Assembly: GCA_951406725.2 (NCBI GenBank)
Contig: OX597814.1
Location: 155,868,001 to 155,932,000, forward strand
Direction: 5' to 3'
Source: Octopus vulgaris
Lineage: Eukaryota
Length of the DNA: 64,000 nucleotides
A model generated the notes under the pieces. It did not search any database. It was not told the DNA's origin and saw nothing but the letters and a program-made list of their open reading frames with translations. Numbering within the stretch: position 1 is the stretch's first letter; the number at the start of each line of letters is the position of its first letter. This document shows positions 56,675 through 64,000 of this stretch, in pieces. The position numbers and the translations under genes were made by a program.

Positions 56675-57056
56675 ATTCTTTTCTTTTACTTCTTTCAGTC
56701 ATATGACTGCGGCCATGCTGGAGTGCCGCCTTTAGTCGAGCAAATCGACCTCAGGACTTATTCTTTGCAAGCCTAGTACTTATTCTATCGTTATCTTTAG
56801 CCGAACCGCTATGTTATGGTGATGTAAACACACCAACATCGGTTGTCAAGCAATGGTGGAGCGACAAACACACAAATACATCCACACACGTATATACGAC
56901 AGGCTTCTTTCAGTTTCCGTCTACCAAATCCACTCACAAGGCTTTGGTCGGCCCGAAGCTACAGTAGAAGACACTTGCCCAAGGTGCCACGCAGTGCAAC
57001 TGAACCCGGAACCATGTGGTTGGGAAGCAAGCTTCTTAACACAAAGCCTCTTCTGC
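56675..57056 (-). mobile_element. SINE family E (OK-like), full length
   Basis: Head ...AAGAAGCTTGCTTCCCAACCACATGGTTCCGGGTTCAG...; body matches 29530-30055. Confidence 0.88.
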
Positions 57057-57061
57057 AGTTG

Positions 57062-57093
<32 letters not shown>

Positions 57094-57111
57094 TGTATGT
57101 ATGTATGTATG

Positions 57112-57169
<58 letters not shown>

Positions 57170-57635
57170 TATACAGACATAGACAAGCACATATAAATTT
57201 GCTTCTTCCTATATATAACGGTGGATATATTTATACTTACACACGCACACACACACATAGGTATATCTCTGCATATATGTGTGTGTGCGCGCGTTTGTGA
57301 TACGTGCGTACTTATATGTATATGTGTGTATCTTTTAGAATAGGGTGCCTGCAGTTTGCGATTCTTTCTGAGAGTAAAGTTATGCTTTCCTTCCCGTCGA
57401 GAGGCAATATTCGTTGTGACTAATAGGTAGTTGGTATACTGTTCTTGTCACATACGACATACAGGGTCTGAATTTTTCCGTTGATGAACAAAGGCAATAA
57501 TATGTGTGTATAGATCCGAAACGGGTCGTACATTGTTGTTTTGTATGTGATGGGTGAAGGGAAAACAACGCAGAATCCTAAAGAAAAGAAGCCCTACATC
57601 CGGACAAGTTACTGTTACTAATGACTAGAACTTCC

Positions 57636-57885
57636 AAGCGCACGTGGCTTAGTGGTTAGGGTGTCAGCGTCATGACCGTAAGATTGTAGTTTCGATTCCT
57701 GGACCGGGCGACGCGTTGTGTTCCTGAGCAAAGCACTTCATTTCACGTTGCTCCAGTCCACTCAGCTGGCAAAAATGAGTAACGCTGCGATGGACTGGCG
57801 TCCCGTCCAGCTAGGGAACACATACGCCATTGAAACCGGGAAATCGGGCCCATGAGCCTGGCTAGGCTTTAAAAGGGCGCATTTA
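57636..57885 (+). mobile_element. SINE family B
   Basis: High similarity to 7669-7918 and 32132-32387. Confidence 0.9.
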
Positions 57886-58875
57886 TTTTATATTATTATT
57901 GCTAATCTGTAATTAGGGAAGTAAATATGGTGTGGAGACATGTAAAGAAAGTTCTAAAACGTAGAGAACTTGGAGCCTTTTGAAGTACTTGAAGTATAGA
58001 GATGATAGAAGTTTTACTACATCCTATAAGTCCTTATCTGAGAGCAGTAAACTCAGTTGGGATGGCAGATATTACTTCATTAAGGCTGCATCAAATGATT
58101 GTCTGACATATTCCAATATTGAGAGTAAAGATAAAGGACAAGTAAATACTCAACGAGTATTTAATCCAAAAAGAAACCCTGCTCAGCTGGAATAGTTACA
58201 GAATGACTGCATGAATAAAATCGGTGTACGGCAAGCTAGAAGGATTGTTGGCGCCATCAGTGGTGCTCGTTCCTACTCGAAGGATATGCCGAAATTATGA
58301 ACTGTGTGTATGTATATATGTATATGTGTTATGTGTATCAATCTAGTGGATGATCATTCCATAGACGTGTATACATAAACGTTTAGTGCAATGAGCGTAA
58401 AAATGTGGCAAGGTTGTTGCCTTTGAATTATAACTATGCGTATATTTATCTATATGCATATACATACATGTATATTTACATATATACATGTAATTTGTAT
58501 GTATTTATGTATGAATTTGTGTGGTGCATGTTTGCATGTAAACGGTAGGCTTATATTCAGTTTTTGTTTACCTAGTTTTTCTCACAAATTATAGGTCGAC
58601 ACGAGGCTATAATAAAGTATTTACTTGAAATGCGACCAGAACTCATCTTTACAAAGCAAACTTGTTATCCATTCAACTATACTGCGATTCTGCTGACAGA
58701 ATATAGAAGCCGTCTACAATTTAAAGATACAATCTTGTCACGGACTATGTTACGCAGATTTCGCATGAGAATTAGTTAAGGGTATATATGACTGCTGACA
58801 CTTTACGAACTTGCAGAGTTCTCGAAATAGCCGAATAACTCAATCGTTATCGCGCAAACCAACAGGAAACTACTG

Positions 58876-58876
<1 letters not shown>

Positions 58877-58956
<80 letters not shown>

Positions 58957-58984
58957 AATCTATCTATCTATCTATCTATCTATC
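58877..58984. repeat. (TATC)n microsatellite
   Basis: Direct inspection. Confidence 0.95.
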
Positions 58985-59084
58985 ACATTTTGCGTAAACA
59001 GAAGAGAAAACAATATCCCACTGAAAAATAGAGAAACTTACAAACTCAAAAATAACCAACTAGATTATCATTAGGAGATAATAG

Positions 59085-59776
59085 TTTACTCAAACTATCC
59101 ACCCTCTACTTCCAGAGTGGCCGCAAGAAACCAGGTACATGCGTTCCTCAAAGTGTTCCTTGGGCGATCTTAGAAAATCTTCTTGGCCATCAGCTCGGCC
59201 ACGGTGTTGCCGGCAGAGCTGTTAGTGTCTTTCTCAACCACGCCACATGCATTAATATTATAATCATAGGAATTAGGAGGTCAAAATTTGGGGTTAGTGA
59301 AGTAGTGGAAATTCCCTGATAACCACTTCTGATTCTTTCTGGAGGTATGGCAAAGAGACAAAAGCTGCTACAATATGGCCTTCCAGTAGAATACCTGTCC
59401 AGGAATTGCCCTCAATTTCCACCAGCTTCATATAACCGGATGAAGTAAGCCAAAGGATATGTCCAAAAATGTTGGGAGATGTGTCATCACACTCACTGGG
59501 GACATCCTAAATCCCAAAATTTTCCTGTTGGTCACGGTTTCATAGTCTCCGTTGCAGCAGTAATGATATCGTTATGTTTTTACCCGGTGCGAATCATAAT
59601 AATACGTTACATTTTCCCAGTATTCAGATAACTTCTAGTCCTCCTTTGAAGATTTTATCAACTACAAATTTTATTTTCATGCTCTCCAATGCCGTTGACT
59701 GTTTACTAATTCATCAAGTTATTCCTGAGAAAAAGAGACATAAAAATCGTCTAATTTAACCTGAAGGCCCTGTATA
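59085..59776 (-). mobile_element. Decayed Tc1/mariner (maT/DD37D-like) transposon
   Basis: Minus strand GRPY..LCHTSRKNQKWLSGNF..F*PPNSYDYN..GVVEKDTN..NAC..VEGG*FE*; TA|CAGGG-like terminus near 59774. Confidence 0.7.
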
Positions 59777-59917
59777 TAAAATTTCTGACTCAAGTACCCA
59801 TCTCTTCAAGTACTAGGTGCTCCTCGCATCTCATGTGATGGACATATCCTACGCGCCCATGAAACTTTAAGTCATGTAGAGGTGATTCAAACTATTTTTG
59901 ATTAAAAATATATGTAA

Positions 59918-60117
59918 ATTCTGTTGTGTCTGGGGAGAGTCATTTTCTTTTTGTGCCTTTATTATGTAACGCAAGAGTCAAGACTACTGAAAAGGTTGCA
60001 AGACGCAACGAAAATTTTTGGAAAATAAAAATAAGAAATAAGTGGAAATTTTACCGGTGAGTGTGTTACATTATAAGGCACAAAAAAGAAAATGACTCTC
60101 TCAGGAAACAACAGAAT
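59918..60117. mobile_element. ~200-bp fold-back: probable PLE terminal repeat with hammerhead-like motif plus an inverted copy of its last ~53 bp
   Basis: 59918-59970 is the reverse complement of 60065-60117; CTGAAAA-G-GTTGC-AAGAC-GCAAC-GAAA at 59987-60013. Confidence 0.6.
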
Positions 60118-60729
60118 ATGCTTCAATACACGAACTCATATAAAGAACCTTGCAAACCAAATCCAAAAACGAAATATATGTAATTGCGACCAAATTATTG
60201 AGTGTTACTTTCATTTGTTCACTCAAGCTAATGCCAAGAATATAATGCATGGGCGTATAGTTTAGCGATAGTATACGTTTCAATCCTAAAGCTGGGGGCT
60301 GGGCAATTACTGATTTTACATACATATATATCCCTGCTAATCTATACACGTATCCATTCATATGTATTTATATCGAGTAAAAGAACAAATTCTCAGCGAA
60401 TATAAAATCAAAAGTAACGCAGCATGATTGGAGCAGTTACAAGGTAGTGGAGACGCCACAAGGAAATACACTCCACTTGTTCTTGGGAGTAGAGCCTAGT
60501 ATTTCGTTATTCCCAGTGGAGCATCGCCGGTACGAGGCACACTTCTTGTGTCGAACTTCCTCGAGATTCGCTGTTTGTTTCATTTAATGCAGCGACTATA
60601 ACTGGGAATCATACTCCAGACTATCTAGAGCAAACGTTCTCCACAAACCACCAAGATTTCCTATTCTTCTTCCAGACACTAACATACATATTTACATACT
60701 TAAATGAACACACACGCACACACACAAAC

Positions 60730-61205
60730 ACAGGCGTGACTGTGTGGTAAGAAGCTTCCTTCCTAAACAAAAGGCTCCAGGTTAAAGGTTCAGTTTCACT
60801 GCGTGCTACCTTGGGCAAGTGTCTTCTATAAGAGCTCCGGAGCGAAAAAAGCCTTCTAAGTGGATTTGGTAGACGGAAACAGGCAGAAGCCCGACATGCC
60901 CGACATATCTCTCTCTCTCTCTATATATATATATATGTATGTATATATATATATATATATATATACATACATACATACATATATATATATGTATGTATAC
61001 ATAGACAGACAGATAGATAGATATAATGTGTGTGTGTTTATCCTCCACTCCACCACTTGACAACCGGAATTTCTACGTCTCCGTTCGGCAAAAGAGACCG
61101 ATAGAATAAATACTAAATTTACGAAATAAATACTGGGCTCGATACATTCAGCTATTTAAATAAAAATTCTACAAGCTGGTGCTCCAGCATCGCCGCAGTC
61201 TGATG
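60730..61205 (+). mobile_element. SINE family E (OK-like)
   Basis: CAGGCGTGACTGTGTGGTAAGAAGC...ACCTTGGGCAAGTGTCTTCTA...GGATTTGGTAGACGGAAAC; internal microsatellite. Confidence 0.85.
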
Positions 61206-63486
61206 ATATGACTATACCTATGTTATATATATATAACAAGACTATACGTATTTATATTATTATATATATGAATGATTATATGTATGTGCTCAAATATATA
61301 TAATATATATGTATGTATGTATGTATTTGTGTATCTATGTACATGAATGTGCATGTATACATATACATGCATGTGTGTATGTATATACATATATGTATGT
61401 GTATGTACAAATATATATGTATGTGTGCAATTATAAACATGTGCAGTTATATGTACAGCTCCATGGAACAGTTGCGGGACAGCTCCACGTCTCCCAAATT
61501 TTGCACTTTTGAAAATCTTAAACCCATGAAACCGGTTAAGTTTAATCATATAAATATACTTCCATATACTTTGTTAACTTTATGTTCTTTATACCAGTAT
61601 GCACCTACGTTCGTACGCACAAACATACAAACAAACAAACGCATAATATTTTAGATTTGAAGGGCTCATCTTTTGAAATTCTTGTAAATCGTTCCCCAAA
61701 CCCCGAGACATTTTCTTGGTGCGCTTTTAGGTGTCATGAAAAGAAAATTGGATCTCCTGCTCCTCAATCACCGAATGCCACATATCAGAGGAGGTGTCAA
61801 ACCGTGAAGGTGCATGAAAACCAACATACAAAAGTATGACAGGAACCCTCGAGCTGAAACTATATATATATATATATACAATAAGGACAGTGAGAGACAG
61901 CCAGTGCTGTAAATGTACTTGTGTATACGTGTGTGAGTGTTATATTCTGTATACATGCATTACGCGCAGTATACAACACAAGAAGTAACTTAGAATTCTA
62001 TCAAATATATATTTGCTTCCTCAGCAACTGGGAAAATTTCACCGTATCTGAGTGAACATCCACATATCATTTTATAAACAATGAGTCCTCCCCATGCGCA
62101 AAAGAGATATTTGAATAGCATAATCACGCAAACATTATACGTACACCCACTTGCATAAATGAGGATGCGTTTATACTGTAGTCACTTGAATCACCAGAAA
62201 CGTTTGTCAAACCACCTTCAAATCAAATCCTTACATTTTTAAAGGAAACAATGACACGTTCATAGACAGCGCTGAAGGAAAAAATACAAAAAAAAAAAAT
62301 TAAAAGAAGACAAGAATCTCATGACTAATTTCTTCGATCATACATGTCATCGATCTGAGTTGACCAGTGGCTGAACAAAAGAAAAGAAAAATGCCTAAAT
62401 CCACGCCACATCCATGTTCATATTCTTTATTATACTATATGTTTTATCACTTAAGATAATTGGATTTATTACTCGTTCAGTTGTATTCATCGTTATAAAG
62501 CATAATAGCTGAGGGAAAATTATATAGGTATGCATAGCGTCTGTATACAGTGTGCTATATATAGTAATTGATATAAATATTTGCGTGATGATGAATAAGA
62601 ATTTATTCTAATAACCTTTAATATTGTTATAGGTCCTCAACTTGGTTTGGGAAGGTTATATGTAACCATTGGAATCAACAAAATACATATCTCATCTTTG
62701 TCTTACTGAGTCTGGAAGATTAATGAAATTAATCGCCAAAAGATTTGAAATTGCGGAAAGGGACAAAATGAAATATTAAACTATCGATAGAATTTTAGTA
62801 AAAAGAAATACACCAATATATCTCAGACATTGAGATAACGTTGACAAGATCCTCCTTGTTTGTTTTATACAAAGATACCAATTTTAACTTTCAACGCGTG
62901 GAAGCAATAGTAAACGAGTTAGCTGAATCTGCTCTTTCATTTCGTTATGTCCTCAAAATCTAAGAGTTCTAACAGTTCAAGTTTGGCGCTGCAACTCACT
63001 ACGCTCTTTATAACTTTATAATATATTTATCCTTTGACTAATTCTCTATTGTAAAATGTCATTTCACACGTAAATAATGTCAATGAATCACTTTATGGTG
63101 TTACAATATGAACTATGACTAAAGTATATTTACCATCACGCACATACACACACTCACACACATATCTTGAATATATATCGTGCAGCTCTTAACTCTCTCT
63201 ACTCTTACTCTATCCCTTTCCATTTCTACCCTTACTCTTTCTCTTTCTCCACTCTTACTCTCTCTTCCCGTCCTTCTTGCCTCACTTGATCCTTTCAATT
63301 CTCTCTCTGTCTCTGTTTCTTTTTCATTGTCTCTCTCTCTTTCTCTCTTATTCTATTTCTTTCTATCTCTATTTTTATTCTATCCTTTTCTCCACTCTTA
63401 CTCTCTTTTTCCATCATTACTTGCCTCCCTTGTACCTGTTTCTTCTCTCCCTGTTACTCTGTTTCCCCATTCCCTCTACTTCTTCG

Positions 63487-63539
<53 letters not shown>

Positions 63540-63829
63540 AATACTTCCTTTTCCCTACCACGTGACCGGTGTCCGGGGATGGTGGTGTTGTTCTTTTTCG
63601 CCTTACTTTGACCATACTGGCCATGCAGGTCTGAGCTCCTGCTACGTCCACTAGGGCTTACCCCATTTCCTCTTTGCGTAACCCCACTATGTTCGTTCGA
63701 TAGCTGCAAAGAACTTTCTGTTGTATTTATGGAATACACTGAACAGCAAAAGAACCGCGATTTTTTTAGATGTCATTTTTATATTGTAAATTCTGAAAAT
63801 TCACTTCGGGGATAAGTAAGTGTAAGTGT

Positions 63830-64000
63830 TCCAAGACATGGTAGTTTATGGTTGAGACCCAAATTGCAGGTAATCTTTCGATTTTCCATGAAACGAGAAA
63901 CCAAACGCAGCTGCGTTGAATGCTGTGGGCGGATCGGGGTGTCATTGCCAAGCTTGGTGTCTCAGAGGTGTTCCGCGAACCGGTCAGCCAAGAGGCGTCT
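63830..64000 (-). mobile_element. Penelope-like GIY-YIG endonuclease remnant running off the window end
   Basis: Minus strand RRLLADRFAEHL*DTKLGNDTPI... matches the RxLxxRxxEH motif of PLE GIY-YIG domains. Confidence 0.6.

Overview
AT-rich, microsatellite-dense eukaryotic DNA. The tRNA-derived SINE families (resembling the octopus OK/OR and CORE-type SINEs) suggest an octopus or other coleoid genome; this is an inference. The window is almost entirely intergenic or intronic and holds a stack of mobile-element fossils. These include a frameshifted R4/Dong-type RT+RLE retrotransposon in a (TAA)n array with a second 3'-UTR-only copy, an intron-bearing hAT with a perfect 8-bp TSD, mariner/maT/pogo relics, Helitrons, RTE and CR1-like LINE pieces, many SINEs, and several Penelope-like (PLE) ends. 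The most striking structure is a ~1.24 kb palindrome (28172-29414). It resolves into two head-to-head PLE 3' ends, each with a GIY-YIG C-terminus and a differently mutated hammerhead ribozyme whose consensus is intact. Only one convincing host coding exon was seen (53088-53223, probably a first exon), plus a possible spliced non-coding unit at 14.8-18.6 kb. No CRISPR array, rRNA or true tRNA gene was found. I cannot confirm a wholly new biological system. Boundaries of degenerate elements are approximate, and all family assignments come from motif recall, not database searches.
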